Shown here in pieces: positions 52,416 through 62,986 of a stretch of DNA of 64,000 bases (positions are counted from its first letter, which is position 1; every line of letters begins with the position of its first letter). Source of the DNA: an uncultured bacterium (lineage in GTDB: Bacteria; Fidelibacterota; UBA2242). The stretch spans positions 294 through 64,293 of the forward strand of contig CAZPQN010000009.1 of assembly GCA_964588795.1 (NCBI GenBank). The letters are read 5' to 3'. The position numbers and the translations under genes are program-made. The notes under the pieces were generated by a model. The model was not told the DNA's origin. It saw only the letters and a program-made list of their open reading frames with translations, and did no database searches.

Positions 52416-53648
52416 TTAGCCGAAATTATCATAAAGGATATTTTCGGATTCCACTCCTAAATCTTCCAACATGTGGATCACGGCGCTGTTCATCAGCGGC
52501 GGCCCACAGATGTAATACTCGCAGTCTTCCGGTGCCGGATGGTTCAGCAGATAATTATTCAGGACGACGTTATGGATGAAACCGCAATGGCCTTGCCAGT
52601 TATCTTCCGGCAACGGAGCGGAGAGGGCGACATGCCAGTGGAAATTCGGAAATTCCCGCTGTAATTGGTCGAAGTCGTCCTGATAAAACACTTCTTTCAG
52701 GCTACGCGCTCCATACCAGAAAGAAATGCGCCGGTCGGTGCGCAGTCTTTTCAACTGGTCGAAAATGTGTGAGCGCATCGGAGCCATGCCGGCCCCGCCA
52801 CCGATGAAGATCATTTCGCGGTCGGTCTGCCGGGCGAAAAATTCCCCGTATGGACCGGAAATCGTGACCCTGTCACCCGACTGAAGACTGAAAAGATAGG
52901 AAGACATTTTGCCCGGCGGCACATTCGGATGATCGGGCGGCGGGGAGGCGATCCGGATATTCAGCATGATGATTCCTTTTTCTTCCGGATAATTCGCCAT
53001 CGAATAGGCGCGCACCACCTCCTCGTCCACTTTTGACACGTAACGCCACAGGTCATAGCGCTCCCAGTCGCTTCGGTACTCGTCTTCAATCACAAAATCC
53101 TTATAGGCCACGCGGTGCGGGCCGACTTCGATCTGAATATAGCCGCCGGCCCGGAAATCCACGCTTTCACCGGCTGGTAATTCCAATACCAGTTCTTTGA
53201 TAAAAGTGGCGACGTTGCGGTTGGAGCGCACGGTGCAAACCCATTTGCGGATGGCAAAAACCTCGGGAGGAATCGCCAGTTGCAGGTCGCCCTTGACTGC
53301 CAGCTGGCAGGCTAACCGATAACCTTCCCGGGCTTGCCGGCGATTGATATGCGCGGTTTCGGTGGGGAGCAGACTTCCGCCTCCAGCAACCACCCTGACC
53401 CGGCACATGCCGCATGTGCCGCCACCGCCGCACGCGGAAGCGAGGTAGATCTGCCGCCCGGCCAACGTGTTAAGCAGTTTCTCGCCCAGTGGCGTCTCGA
53501 AAGTATATTGCGGATCGTTGTTGATACTGATCTGGGCCTGACCGGTCGGGATTAACTTCGATTTCGCCCAGAGAATCAGCAGTACCAAGCTGAGCACCAC
53601 GAACGTAAACATGCCGACCGCCAGTAAAATCAAACCAGGTGCGCTCAT
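52416..53648 (-). CDS. nqrF: Na+-translocating NADH:quinone oxidoreductase subunit F (2Fe-2S ferredoxin + FAD/NADH domains)
   Basis: N-terminal TM anchor, plant-type 2Fe-2S cluster ([17 protein letters not shown] ... CQ), FAD/NAD reductase motifs (RAYSMANYP..., [15 protein letters not shown]). Confidence 0.9.
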   Translation of the reverse strand: MSAPGLILLAVGMFTFVVLSLVLLILWAKSKLIPTGQAQISINNDPQYTFETPLGEKLLNTLAGRQIYLASACGGGGTCGMCRVRVVAGGGSLLPTETAHINRRQAREGYRLACQLAVKGDLQLAIPPEVFAIRKWVCTVRSNRNVATFIKELVLELPAGESVDFRAGGYIQIEVGPHRVAYKDFVIEDEYRSDWERYDLWRYVSKVDEEVVRAYSMANYPEEKGIIMLNIRIASPPPDHPNVPPGKMSSYLFSLQSGDRVTISGPYGEFFARQTDREMIFIGGGAGMAPMRSHIFDQLKRLRTDRRISFWYGARSLKEVFYQDDFDQLQREFPNFHWHVALSAPLPEDNWQGHCGFIHNVVLNNYLLNHPAPEDCEYYICGPPLMNSAVIHMLEDLGVESENILYDNFG

Positions 53649-53661
53649 GTATTTATCCCGG

Positions 53662-54273
53662 TCATAACTGAATTCCCGAAAACAGCATAAAGGCGATGGC
53701 CATCAGTCCGGCCGTAATGAAAGTGATGCCCAGTCCTCGCAAGCCCGGTGGTACATTGCTGTAGCGCAAACGCTCGCGGATGCCGGCCAGGGCGACAATC
53801 GCCAGGGCCCAGCCCAAGCCGGAACCCAACCCGAAAACCACACTTTCAGGGAAATTGTAACTGCGTTCAACCATAAACAGCGAACCGGCGAGAATGACGC
53901 AGTTCACCGTTATCAGGGGCAGAAAAATGCCCAAGGCATGATAGAGTTTGGGAAAGTAGCGATCCAAGGTCATTTCCAAAATCTGCACAATCGCCGCGAT
54001 TACTCCGATATAGGTGATCAATCCCAAAAAGGTCAGGTCTACCTGACCCAGACCGAGCCAGCCGAGCGCTCCCTCGGATAACAGGTTGCGATATATCAGG
54101 TTGTTGATCGGAACCGTGATAGTCTGGACGATGATCACGGCAATGCCTAATCCAAAAGCCGTTTCCAGGCGCTTGGAAACCGCCAAAAAAGTGCACATCC
54201 CCAAGAAAAATGCCAGGGCCATATTTTCAATGAACACAGCGCGGATGAACAGGCTCAGGTAATGTTCCAGCAT
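53662..54273 (-). CDS. nqrE: Na+-translocating NADH:quinone oxidoreductase subunit E
   Basis: [43 protein letters not shown]. Six-TM NqrE/RnfA-type protein, in the E position between D and F. Confidence 0.85.
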   Translation of the reverse strand: MLEHYLSLFIRAVFIENMALAFFLGMCTFLAVSKRLETAFGLGIAVIIVQTITVPINNLIYRNLLSEGALGWLGLGQVDLTFLGLITYIGVIAAIVQILEMTLDRYFPKLYHALGIFLPLITVNCVILAGSLFMVERSYNFPESVVFGLGSGLGWALAIVALAGIRERLRYSNVPPGLRGLGITFITAGLMAIAFMLFSGIQL

Positions 54274-54276
54274 TTT

Positions 54277-54894
54277 TTACTCCTTGAGCGTCTCCGGTTT
54301 CCAGGTGCGCAAAGCCCAGATCAGGAGCCCGATCAGGAAAAAGGCGCTCGCGGGCAATACCAATAGACCATTGGGTACATACCAGCCGCCTTCAGTATAG
54401 GGAGTCAACAGGGTCACGCCCAACAATTTCCCGGCGCCCAACAGTTCGCGGAAAAACGCCACCACCAACAAAACCAAACTGTACCCCAGCCCATTACCCA
54501 AGCCGTCCAGCAAACTGGCCCCGGGCGGATTCTTCAAACCATAGGCTTCCGTGCGTCCTAACAGAATACAATTGGTGATGATCAGACCGACGTAAACGGA
54601 TAACTGCTTGCTGATATTGAAGGCAAATGCCTTGATGAACTGATCGGCGATGATGACCAGCGAGGCAATGATCGTCATTTCGACGATAATCCGGATACTG
54701 CCGGGAACCTGCTTCCGGATAAGGCTGACCGCGAAGTTGGCAAATCCAGTCACCAACGTCACGGCCAGCGCCATGACCAGCGCGGTTTCCAACTTCGAGG
54801 TCACGGCCAGGGCGGAGCAAATACCTAAAATTTGTACCACGACCGGATTATCTTTGATGATCGGATTCAGAAAAACGGTGCGCATTTTACTCAT
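54277..54894 (-). CDS. nqrD: Na+-translocating NADH:quinone oxidoreductase subunit D
   Basis: [38 protein letters not shown] is an NqrD/RnfE-type N-terminus. The start ATG overlaps the nqrC stop. Confidence 0.85.
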   Translation of the reverse strand: MSKMRTVFLNPIIKDNPVVVQILGICSALAVTSKLETALVMALAVTLVTGFANFAVSLIRKQVPGSIRIIVEMTIIASLVIIADQFIKAFAFNISKQLSVYVGLIITNCILLGRTEAYGLKNPPGASLLDGLGNGLGYSLVLLVVAFFRELLGAGKLLGVTLLTPYTEGGWYVPNGLLVLPASAFFLIGLLIWALRTWKPETLKE

Positions 54895-55684
54895 GGTGCG
54901 CCAGAGCCTCCCGCAAGGTTCGAATGACCTGACCATAGCCATTTTCACCCAACCAGAACCGCACCAGGTTATTGACCCCGCGCGTGGTCAGCGTGGCCCC
55001 CGACAATCCATCCACCTGAAATTGAGCCGCCGGAGTTCCAGGAATGACGTGTCCCTTGATGACCTCGATGAGTACCTGTCCTTCGGCATCGAGGGCGCGT
55101 TTGTCAATCCAGCTCTGCCGCCAGCGTGGATTTTCGATTTCGCCGCCCAATCCGGGCGTCTCGCCATGCTCATAAAACACCAAACCCTTGACGGTCTGCA
55201 GGTCCCGGTCGAAAGCGATGAAGCCGTACAGCGTCGACCATAAGCCCTTGCCGTAAACCGGCAGAATGACCCTGTTCGTTTGTCCGGCTTCGACGACGCG
55301 GTAAATCAGCATAAAATTGGGACGCCGCAGAATGTTGGCCGGGTCGTTTTGCGGGGGCAAGGCCGTGCTGTACAGGGGATGTTTGCTGATAACTTTCAGA
55401 TCGAATTTTTGCGGCGATAATAGAGGGGCATCGGCTGGAGTATTGACCACCGCGCCGGTCGTCAGGTCAACTAAATCGGTCCGGATTTTTTCATTATAAA
55501 TTTTCTTGACCGTCGCATCGTTAGTGTATAAATCGGCCGCGATCAAGATGTTTTTCAGACGATCCAGCTGGCGGTTTCTCTCCTGGGTCTGCCTTAACCC
55601 GACCACGGCGGAGGAAACCAATACCGAACATACCAAGCAGACTCCCAGCGCAACGAGCAAAGTCTTGCGGGTTTCAGAGGCCAT
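54887..55684 (-). CDS. nqrC: Na+-translocating NADH:quinone oxidoreductase subunit C (FMN-binding)
   Basis: Single N-terminal TM. Covalent-FMN site [12 protein letters not shown] (S/T-G-A-T). 265 aa. Confidence 0.85.
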   Translation of the reverse strand: MASETRKTLLVALGVCLVCSVLVSSAVVGLRQTQERNRQLDRLKNILIAADLYTNDATVKKIYNEKIRTDLVDLTTGAVVNTPADAPLLSPQKFDLKVISKHPLYSTALPPQNDPANILRRPNFMLIYRVVEAGQTNRVILPVYGKGLWSTLYGFIAFDRDLQTVKGLVFYEHGETPGLGGEIENPRWRQSWIDKRALDAEGQVLIEVIKGHVIPGTPAAQFQVDGLSGATLTTRGVNNLVRFWLGENGYGQVIRTLREALAHHE

Positions 55685-56876
55685 GGTGCCTCCTTCTTCT
55701 GCGGCTGTGGATATTAATTACCACCCTGTCAATCACCGGGGCAAACATGTTGCCAAACAGGATCGCCAACATCATGCCCTCCGGAAAGGCCGGATTGATC
55801 ACCCTGACCAGTACTACCAACATGCCTATCAGCAAACCATACAGCCATTGGCCGGGAATCGTCACGGCGGCCGTGACCGGATCGGTAGCCATGAAAACCA
55901 TGCCAAAGGCAAAACCACCCAAGACCAAATGCCAGTAGGGAGGCACCTGAAACATCGGATTGGTCGCACTGCCGATTAAATTGAACAGCCCCGAGAGGGC
56001 TACCATCCCGGTCAGCGTGCTTAACATGATCCGCCAGGAACCGACCCCGGTAACGATCAGGATCAGCGCGCCGATTAAGCAAGCCAATGTGGAAGTTTCC
56101 CCCATTGAACCGGGAATGAAGCCCAAAAAGGCTTCCCGCCAGGTCACAGTTAATTGCATCAGTGGATCGGCCAGCTCTGCTAAAGGAGTGGCGCGACTGA
56201 CGCCATCAACGGCAACCCAAACCTTATCACCGGAAATTTGGGCCGGATAGGCAAAAAACAGAAATGCCCGCGCGACCAAAGCCGGGTTGAAAATATTATA
56301 ACCAACGCCCCCGAATACTTCTTTGCCAATTACCACTCCGAAACTGATTCCGAGGGCAACCTGCCAGTAGGGAATGGTCGGCGGTAGTATCAGAGGGAAA
56401 AGCAAACTGGTCACGAAAAAGCCTTCCGCCACTTCGTGCCGCCGCACCGAGGCAAAAAGCACTTCCCAGAAGCCGCCTGCCGCCAAGGTCACAATATAAA
56501 CCGGGAAAAAATAGAATGCGCCGAGTAAAATATTCGACCAGAAATTGGTCGGATCGGGAGCTACACCGAGGCCCGCCACCAGCCGTGCCTGCCAGGACAA
56601 TTCTGCATCTGCGCCAAGTTTGATCAACAGGCTATTTGCCTGCCAGCCGGTGTTATAGAGCGCCATGAAAACCGCCGGAAGCAGGGCGACGAAAACGACA
56701 ATCATCAGCCGCTTCAAATCCATGAAATCGCGGACATGCACCGTTCCGCGGGTGGTCTTGCCGGGCGTGTAGAGAAAAGTATCAACGGCCTCCCATAAAA
56801 AGAATAGGCGGTGCAGTTTCCCGCCTTTTTCAAAGTGCCGCGCCTGCTTATCCAAAAAGGTGCGCACCGCTTTCAC
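55674..56876 (-). CDS. nqrB: Na+-translocating NADH:quinone oxidoreductase subunit B
   Basis: N-terminus MKAVRTFLDKQARHFEKGGKLHRLFFLWEAVDTFLY. Polytopic membrane protein of 400 aa with a flavinylation-type motif region (VDGVSRATPLA). Confidence 0.85.
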   Translation of the reverse strand: MKAVRTFLDKQARHFEKGGKLHRLFFLWEAVDTFLYTPGKTTRGTVHVRDFMDLKRLMIVVFVALLPAVFMALYNTGWQANSLLIKLGADAELSWQARLVAGLGVAPDPTNFWSNILLGAFYFFPVYIVTLAAGGFWEVLFASVRRHEVAEGFFVTSLLFPLILPPTIPYWQVALGISFGVVIGKEVFGGVGYNIFNPALVARAFLFFAYPAQISGDKVWVAVDGVSRATPLAELADPLMQLTVTWREAFLGFIPGSMGETSTLACLIGALILIVTGVGSWRIMLSTLTGMVALSGLFNLIGSATNPMFQVPPYWHLVLGGFAFGMVFMATDPVTAAVTIPGQWLYGLLIGMLVVLVRVINPAFPEGMMLAILFGNMFAPVIDRVVINIHSRRRRRHHGL

Positions 56877-58246
56877 AGATTTTCCTTCGCAATGGCAGCC
56901 AACACCTGACGCAGGTTTTGCCCGTGATCAATTTTTGCCGGACAAACATAGGTGCAAAGCGCCAGGTCTTCTTCTAATAGTTCAAGAGCGCCCAATTTCT
57001 CCGCCTCCTCCAAATCACTCATCGCCAGAGCCCTAAGTAAAAAGGTCGGCAGTAAATCCAAAGGCATAACCTTTTCGTAACTACCGACTGGTATTATCGC
57101 TCGCGCACTTCCATGCGTGGAAGTCGTCAATGCCAACCGGCGCCGTGACAGGAAGCGCGACAACACGACGCGCTTGACGGAATATTCCTGGCGACCCAAG
57201 GTGAGCCAGCCGAACAACCGACGCTGTTGGTCTTCTGCTAAAACTGTGATCTGCCGCTGGAAGCGACCGAGGAAACGTAGTTCATCCGCCGCGGCATGAC
57301 CGTTCAGCACCGAACCGGCGATGACGCGGTTCAAACCCGGACGTAATTCATCAGTCATCAAATCCGTCACCTGCGCACCTAACCGGGTCCGCACTAAGCG
57401 TGGCCTGATCAATCCCGGGCCCGACAGGGCGATTGTGCGTTCGGTCAGCAGTCGTCCCGTGTTAAAAAGATATCCGATGGCGACGACCTCTTCGGCATTG
57501 ATTTGCCAGACTGCTTGCTGCCGACTTACCGGATCTAAAAAATGGATATGGGTGCCCGGCAAACCTGCCGGATGCGGGCCACTGAATTCAGCTACTAGCA
57601 GGCGGCTGTTCTCTATACGCGGTAAATCCACCCCGGGAGCCTGACAGACAAAAACCCGTCCCTCGGTAAGCTGCAGCAGAATCCGCAAACCGTAGGCGAA
57701 CTCGCGTTCCCAGCCTTGCAGTACTACGGCTAAATCAGGCGCGAGGGGACTACTGTCCAGTGCGGTGACGAAAATGGAATGCGGGACAATTTCCGGATCA
57801 GCGACGTAACCAAAGGGACGTTGCCGCAGAGCCACCCATTGCCCGGACTTGAGCAGTAGATCCACAATTGCCGCGCGCGTCAACTCCTGCTCGGGCAAAG
57901 TTTCAAAAACTGCTTCCTCCTGACCTTCCAGCTTAATGACCAGGGACAGAAAAGCCCGCTTCGCTCCGCGATTGAGTTCCACGATGCGCCCACTCCCAGG
58001 AGCCGTGAATCTGATCTGCGGCTTTTTTTTATCCACAAAAAGCGTTTGACCGGTTTGCACATGATCACCCAGACCGACAACGAATTCCGGTTTCAGGCCG
58101 GGGAAATCAATCCCCAAAACTGCGCTCTGGGTTACGGATCGGGTTTCATATACTTTCTGCTCCGGCTCTCCCGTGAGTGGCAGGTTTAAACCCTTGCGGA
58201 TTTTGAAGCGCAACGGATGACTAATAGGCGAGGGCTGGATTTTCAT
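56873..58246 (-). CDS. nqrA: Na+-translocating NADH:quinone oxidoreductase subunit A
   Basis: MKIQ...FKIRKGLNLPLTGEPEQKV is an NqrA-type N-terminus. About 457 aa, first gene of nqrABCDEF. Start set at the internal ATG; the track ORF opens 26 codons upstream. Confidence 0.85.
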   Translation of the reverse strand: MKIQPSPISHPLRFKIRKGLNLPLTGEPEQKVYETRSVTQSAVLGIDFPGLKPEFVVGLGDHVQTGQTLFVDKKKPQIRFTAPGSGRIVELNRGAKRAFLSLVIKLEGQEEAVFETLPEQELTRAAIVDLLLKSGQWVALRQRPFGYVADPEIVPHSIFVTALDSSPLAPDLAVVLQGWEREFAYGLRILLQLTEGRVFVCQAPGVDLPRIENSRLLVAEFSGPHPAGLPGTHIHFLDPVSRQQAVWQINAEEVVAIGYLFNTGRLLTERTIALSGPGLIRPRLVRTRLGAQVTDLMTDELRPGLNRVIAGSVLNGHAAADELRFLGRFQRQITVLAEDQQRRLFGWLTLGRQEYSVKRVVLSRFLSRRRLALTTSTHGSARAIIPVGSYEKVMPLDLLPTFLLRALAMSDLEEAEKLGALELLEEDLALCTYVCPAKIDHGQNLRQVLAAIAKENL

Positions 58247-58277
58247 TAATGCGTTGAAAAATGGCCGCAACAAACGA

Positions 58278-58778
58278 TTAAGTGAAAATAATCTGAGCTC
58301 CGGCGGATAATTCGTAAAACTCACCGACGGTAAGCACCTTCTCCACCTGCGGAATGAAATCCGCCATGGTCAGGTGGAACATATCCACGGTGGCTTTGCA
58401 GGCAAAGATTCTGGCGCCGGCGTCGTGTACCATTTCCAACATCTCCGGAATGGGCGGGATGTCCAATTTCTCCATTTCCTTCTTCATCATCCAGGTCGCA
58501 AAGGCCGACATCCCCGGAATCAAGCCGACCAACGTCGGCAAGGGCAGGCCTTTGGCATCCGGAACGCGCATCGCCGGGTTGCCAACCGTGGCGATTTTAA
58601 TACTGTTGTTATACTTCTTCAAAATGCCATACAAACCGAAAAACGTGAAAAACAAGTTGACGTCGATCCCCTCCATGCGGGCGCCGTTGGCCATGATGAG
58701 CCCGGGATAGATGCCATCCAGGGAACCTTTAGAGACAATGATCGAGACCTTTTTGATCTTTTCAGGATTTTCTGCCAT
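58278..58778 (-). CDS. DsrE/DsrF-like sulfur-relay family protein
   Basis: 166 aa with a YchN/DsrE-like pattern: KVSIIVSKGSLDGIYPGLIMANGARMEGIDVNLFFTFFG and conserved Cys in ARIFACKATVDMF. Confidence 0.6.
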   Translation of the reverse strand: MAENPEKIKKVSIIVSKGSLDGIYPGLIMANGARMEGIDVNLFFTFFGLYGILKKYNNSIKIATVGNPAMRVPDAKGLPLPTLVGLIPGMSAFATWMMKKEMEKLDIPPIPEMLEMVHDAGARIFACKATVDMFHLTMADFIPQVEKVLTVGEFYELSAGAQIIFT

Positions 58779-58843
58779 TGTGCACTCCTAAATTTTGCAT
58801 TATCAATTATTCCAAAGATTTTTACGTTTAATCAAGAGCGCCA

Positions 58844-59158
58844 TCAGACGCAACTGGCGGGTTTCGGCAAGCCGGCGATCTTGGCGGCTTTCTTCAGCGG
58901 CCCACCGGGGAACAGGACATAAAATTCCTTCGTGGGCACGCAGGCGACGTTAATGCGCCGAATGGTGGGCAAGGCGCCTTTTTCGCGATAATCCTGCTGC
59001 AGAAATTCGATGACTTTCCAATGCGCGGGAGTCAGTTCGGGAATCCCTTCCTCTTTTGCGAGTTCCGCGGCGATGGTTTTATTCCATTGGGCGGGATTGG
59101 TCAGATAACCTTCCTCGGTGATGTCCAGCGTTACGCCGGCGATGGTTTTGGTTGCCAT
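58844..59158 (-). CDS. TusE/DsrC/DsvC-family sulfur-relay protein (single C-terminal Cys, TusE-like)
   Basis: 104 aa. GYLTNPAQWNKTIAAELAKEEGIPELTPAHWKVIEFLQQDYREKG...VLFPGGPLKKAAKIAGLPKPASCV matches DsrC/TusE end to end, including the penultimate Cys (...GLPKP.SCV). The DsrC CysB (11 residues upstream) is replaced by Ala. Confidence 0.8.
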   Translation of the reverse strand: MATKTIAGVTLDITEEGYLTNPAQWNKTIAAELAKEEGIPELTPAHWKVIEFLQQDYREKGALPTIRRINVACVPTKEFYVLFPGGPLKKAAKIAGLPKPASCV

Positions 59159-59174
59159 AAATATGCTCCTATTT

Positions 59175-60410
59175 TCAGGTTAATTTTTTACCCAGTTTAC
59201 TCATGCGGGTGGGGATGCCGGGCATTGGCCAGCCGCGCAGTAAAATATTCCAGTAAATGAATTTAAAGGCCAGTTTGCCCCAGTGATTGAGCCGCGTCTC
59301 CTTCAAAAGCGCCATCGGCCCGATAAACGGAAATGGGAAACGCCCGGCGACCGGTTCAACATCGTAATTGAAATCAATCAGAAAAGCCTTGCCAAAACCC
59401 GATTCGATGAAGCAGTTGGCGTGTCCATCGAAGCCTTCTTCCAATGGTTTACCGGCAATATAATTCAGGATGTTGTCGGTCAGGATTTCCGACTGAAAAT
59501 GCGCCACACTGCCGGCTTTGGAGCTGGGCAGGTCGCTGGCATCACCGATCACAAAAATGTTTGCGTACTTTTTCGATTGCAAGGTGTGCTTGTAGGTCGG
59601 GACATAATTCAGTTCGTCGCCCATTCCGCTGCGGGCAATGGCCTCATCGCCCATGTTGGTCGGAATAGAAACCAACAGGTCATAGGCGACCTCCTGTCCA
59701 CCGTAGGAAATGAGCTTTTTGGACGTGCCATCCACACGCTCGGTGTAGAAGTCGGGGACGATCTTGATCTGTTTTTCGGTCAATAGATGACCGAGAACGG
59801 CTGATGATTGCGGTTTGGTAAATGCGCCGCTCGCGGGCGTGACATAGGTAATCTCGACTTTGTCGCGCAGGTTTTTCCCGTGAAAAAAGGCATCCGCCAG
59901 AAAAACAAACTCCAGCGGCGCGACGGGACATTTAATCGGCATCTCGGCGACATGCAACACCAATTTGCCACCCGTCCAGTTTTGTAATTTCTGGGCTAAG
60001 GCGGTTGCGCCTTCGATCGTATAGAAATCGAAAATGTCTTCCCGCCAGCCGCCGTCCAACAAACCGGCTATTTGCTCGGGGGCAATCTTGACCCCCGTGG
60101 CAATGATCAGGAGGTGATAATCGAGGGTCTGGCCGTTTTTCAAAAGCACCTGGCTTTTTGCGGGCTGAATCGTCTCGACGGCCGCCTGAACAAATTCCAC
60201 CGACTCGGGTAAAAACGCCGCTTTTTCACGAATGACGTCTTCCGGCTGATAGATACCAAACGGAATGAACAGGAACCCGGGCTGGTAATAGTGCGTGTGA
60301 TGCTCGTCGACAACGGTGATCTTCCACTGCTTGCGGTCCAGCTTGCGTGCCAGGTGGTTTGCCATCATCGTGCCGCCCGTACCGGCTCCTAAAATTAGAA
60401 TCTTGCGCAT
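59175..60410 (-). CDS. sqr: Sulfide:quinone oxidoreductase-like flavoprotein (FAD-dependent pyridine nucleotide-disulfide oxidoreductase family)
   Basis: Rossmann ILILGAGTGGTMMANHL. SQR-type cysteine motifs IKCPVAPLEF (Cys~160 CPxAP) and GHANCFIE (C-terminal redox Cys). 411 aa. Adjacent to the TusE and DsrE homologues. Confidence 0.65.
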   Translation of the reverse strand: MRKILILGAGTGGTMMANHLARKLDRKQWKITVVDEHHTHYYQPGFLFIPFGIYQPEDVIREKAAFLPESVEFVQAAVETIQPAKSQVLLKNGQTLDYHLLIIATGVKIAPEQIAGLLDGGWREDIFDFYTIEGATALAQKLQNWTGGKLVLHVAEMPIKCPVAPLEFVFLADAFFHGKNLRDKVEITYVTPASGAFTKPQSSAVLGHLLTEKQIKIVPDFYTERVDGTSKKLISYGGQEVAYDLLVSIPTNMGDEAIARSGMGDELNYVPTYKHTLQSKKYANIFVIGDASDLPSSKAGSVAHFQSEILTDNILNYIAGKPLEEGFDGHANCFIESGFGKAFLIDFNYDVEPVAGRFPFPFIGPMALLKETRLNHWGKLAFKFIYWNILLRGWPMPGIPTRMSKLGKKLT

Positions 60411-60511
60411 CGGTTTTCCTCTGGGTTAATAATAATCGAATCCGGTTAAAAAATCAAATACTATGTTTTTAGAGACCGCTTCTGGAAAAGGTTACAAAAT
60501 TTTTATACGAA

Positions 60512-61390
60512 CTACTTTTGGTACTTAGCTTTCCTTCTAGCCGCCGGCAGGTACTGGCTGACGCGCGGATGGTCGGGGGCCAGCTGCAGACACTTTTCCC
60601 AATTGGCGACGACCTCCTTCCATTTTCCCGCCACCCAGCAAACTGAACCAAGGTTATAATAGTAGTCAGCCTCCTGAGGCTTGATCCGGATCGCCTGCTG
60701 GTAATCGCGTACGGCCTCGGGATAATGCCGCAGTTTCTGGTGACAGAAAGCGCGGGCGGCATAATATTCTGCTTGCTCCGGACTCACCCGGAGCATCTGG
60801 TCATAATCCCGAATCGCCGCCGGATAATTGCGACGTTCCTTGTACAGCCGCGCCCGGGCATACAAATATTCGGGTTCAGGACGCAATTCAATCGCGTGCG
60901 AGTAATCGCTCAGCGCATTTGGAAACTGGTGCAGGCGTTCGTAACAAGTGCCCCGGTCGGCATAGGCTTGCGCGTTATTCGGACTCATTTCTATCAGGTG
61001 GTGGTAGTCGTTTAACGCCTCGTCCATTCGTCCGGTCTGTTCCAGGCAAATGGCGTGTTTAAGGTATGCTTCCTCCACCGCCGGATTAAGAGTAATGACC
61101 TGCGCATAATCAGTAAGCGCCGAATCATAATGCTGGAGATCAAAGTAAACGTTGGCGCGTCGCAGGTAGGCGTTGGCGAAGTCCGGTTTGAGGGCGATGG
61201 CCTGGTTGAAATATTCCAATTGCTGTTGCGGATCGTTGGTAGCTGTGCCACGACTGAACCAGGCCGCAGCGGACTGGATCGCTGATTCGGTTTGTGTTTC
61301 CCTGTCTCCGACGGGTAAAATGGCACAGCCGCTCAACCCGATCCCCAGGGCAATCATTGTTCCGGTCAAATGGATTCTAAGGTTTGGCAT
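60512..61390 (-). CDS. TPR-repeat lipoprotein
   Basis: Lipobox MIALGIGLSGC. Eight or more 34-aa TPR units of the form A..Y......Y..AL.DY..AI.L.P. Confidence 0.7.
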   Translation of the reverse strand: MPNLRIHLTGTMIALGIGLSGCAILPVGDRETQTESAIQSAAAWFSRGTATNDPQQQLEYFNQAIALKPDFANAYLRRANVYFDLQHYDSALTDYAQVITLNPAVEEAYLKHAICLEQTGRMDEALNDYHHLIEMSPNNAQAYADRGTCYERLHQFPNALSDYSHAIELRPEPEYLYARARLYKERRNYPAAIRDYDQMLRVSPEQAEYYAARAFCHQKLRHYPEAVRDYQQAIRIKPQEADYYYNLGSVCWVAGKWKEVVANWEKCLQLAPDHPRVSQYLPAARRKAKYQK

Positions 61391-61408
61391 GATGGAAATT
61401 AGTTTTAG

Positions 61409-62917
61409 TCAGGTGGGAAACTGCATGTTCTTGGCAAACAACTCCTGAAATTCCGGGTCGCGGGCTATAGGAAAGTGTTCAACCAGGGGCAGGACTTTCC
61501 GATACTCCGCCCCAGTCAACAGGCTGAGTTTAGCGCCGCGCAGGGCTGTATTGCCCGCCTGTTCGATTTGATCGGGGTGGAAATTTAGCAAGCCGATGCG
61601 GGTGGCACTGGGCAGGCTGACGTAATTCCCAAACGCCCCGGCTAAATAGACTTTTTCGATGTCCGCCGCACGCAGGTGCATCTGCCGAAGCAGGATGTCC
61701 ATGCCCGCCGCAATGGCGCCTTTGGCCAACTGCAGTTCGCGTATATCGGCCTGAGACAAGACGACCGGGGCCGCGAGGCTGATCTGACGATGCGGCGTCA
61801 GAATTTTGCCCGATTTATCAATCCACTGCTGGTCAAGTCCGGTCGCGATGGCATCTACCAATCCGCTGCCGCAGATACCGCGCGGCGTCCCGCCGCCGAT
61901 GACCTCGCTGATTAGTTGACTGTTCCGGACGTAGACTTTCCAAATCGCCCCGGTAGTAGCCCGCATCCCCATACCGATCTGAGCGCCTTCAAACGCTGGG
62001 CCTGCCGCAGTCGAAGCGCACATGATATGCTCGCGATTGCCAATTACAATCTCACCGTTGGTGCCGAGGTCAATCAACCCGACAGGTTGTTTGCTGTGTT
62101 GCATACCGACAGCCATAATTCCGGCCAGGATGTCGCTACCAACGAATCCTCCCAGGCAGGGCAAAAAGCGAATTTCGGGATTGCCGGCAAGTTGCCATTC
62201 GATCTCAGCCGCGAACCAGTGGATTTCCGCGCCCCGGTGCGTCTCAAACGGATAGCGCGCCAAGGCATCGATTGCCTGCCCGCCAAACAGGTGGTGCATG
62301 GCCGTATTTCCGACGAGGTGAATAGCTTTAAGAGGCAGAGCGGAACAGCCACAGTTCGCGATTAGATTCGAGAGCAGCTGCCCGATTTGCCTGCGGATTA
62401 ATTCACGCAGGGTCTGCGCTCCGGAAGCGTGCAGCGCGAAGTTGATCCTACTCATGATATCCGCTCCGTGACGCGCCTGCGGATTGAGCGCGGCCTCAGT
62501 CGCCAGGACAGCTCCGGATCTTAAATCCAGAATTTGGGCGACCAGCGTGGTGGTTCCGACATCCACCGCCACTCCCAGCTCGGCCTTTTTATCAAGGTCT
62601 AGGACGTTGCCGTCTGCTAAAATGCTGGTGTTCCATTGTTCCAGTTCAATCACCATGGGTTCGTCGGCGGTGCACTGACAGGCGAGACGCCAGCCAGTGG
62701 AAAGTTCCGCGGCCGATAGTTGGCGACGTTGTACCTCATTCACCGGCAAATCGCCGTCGAGCAAACGGATGCGGCATTTACGACAAACACCGCGTCCGCC
62801 GCAGGGAAATTCCACCCCCTGTTCAAAAAGAGCGTCATGCAACGGCGTCCCGCGCGGCACTTCGATCGTCCGCCCGAGAGGTTCAAACCTGATTGTTACT
62901 TTTTGTGCGTCGGTCAT
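61409..62917 (-). CDS. 2Fe-2S ferredoxin-domain + ASKHA-fold ATPase protein (RACo-like reductive activator of corrinoid proteins / DUF4445 family)
   Basis: N-terminal plant-type ferredoxin domain (FPCGGRGVCRKCRIRLL ... LACQC) followed by an actin/Hsp70-like ATPase-fold region (VDVGTTTLVAQILD..., LIDLGTNGEIVIG). Divergently arranged with cobO. Confidence 0.6.
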   Translation of the reverse strand: MTDAQKVTIRFEPLGRTIEVPRGTPLHDALFEQGVEFPCGGRGVCRKCRIRLLDGDLPVNEVQRRQLSAAELSTGWRLACQCTADEPMVIELEQWNTSILADGNVLDLDKKAELGVAVDVGTTTLVAQILDLRSGAVLATEAALNPQARHGADIMSRINFALHASGAQTLRELIRRQIGQLLSNLIANCGCSALPLKAIHLVGNTAMHHLFGGQAIDALARYPFETHRGAEIHWFAAEIEWQLAGNPEIRFLPCLGGFVGSDILAGIMAVGMQHSKQPVGLIDLGTNGEIVIGNREHIMCASTAAGPAFEGAQIGMGMRATTGAIWKVYVRNSQLISEVIGGGTPRGICGSGLVDAIATGLDQQWIDKSGKILTPHRQISLAAPVVLSQADIRELQLAKGAIAAGMDILLRQMHLRAADIEKVYLAGAFGNYVSLPSATRIGLLNFHPDQIEQAGNTALRGAKLSLLTGAEYRKVLPLVEHFPIARDPEFQELFAKNMQFPT

Positions 62918-62986
62918 TTTGTATGCTGTTCGATGCGGGTAAGTAATTAAATTTCCAGCAGATTTCAAATAAAAAGGATAACGGGC

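Noticed and set aside
60411-60511. Possible terminator separating the TPR lipoprotein gene from the sqr-like gene
   Set aside because: The 100-nt gap is AT-rich, with no convincing GC hairpin plus U-tract. It is more likely a promoter or RBS region, so it does not break the co-directional run by itself.
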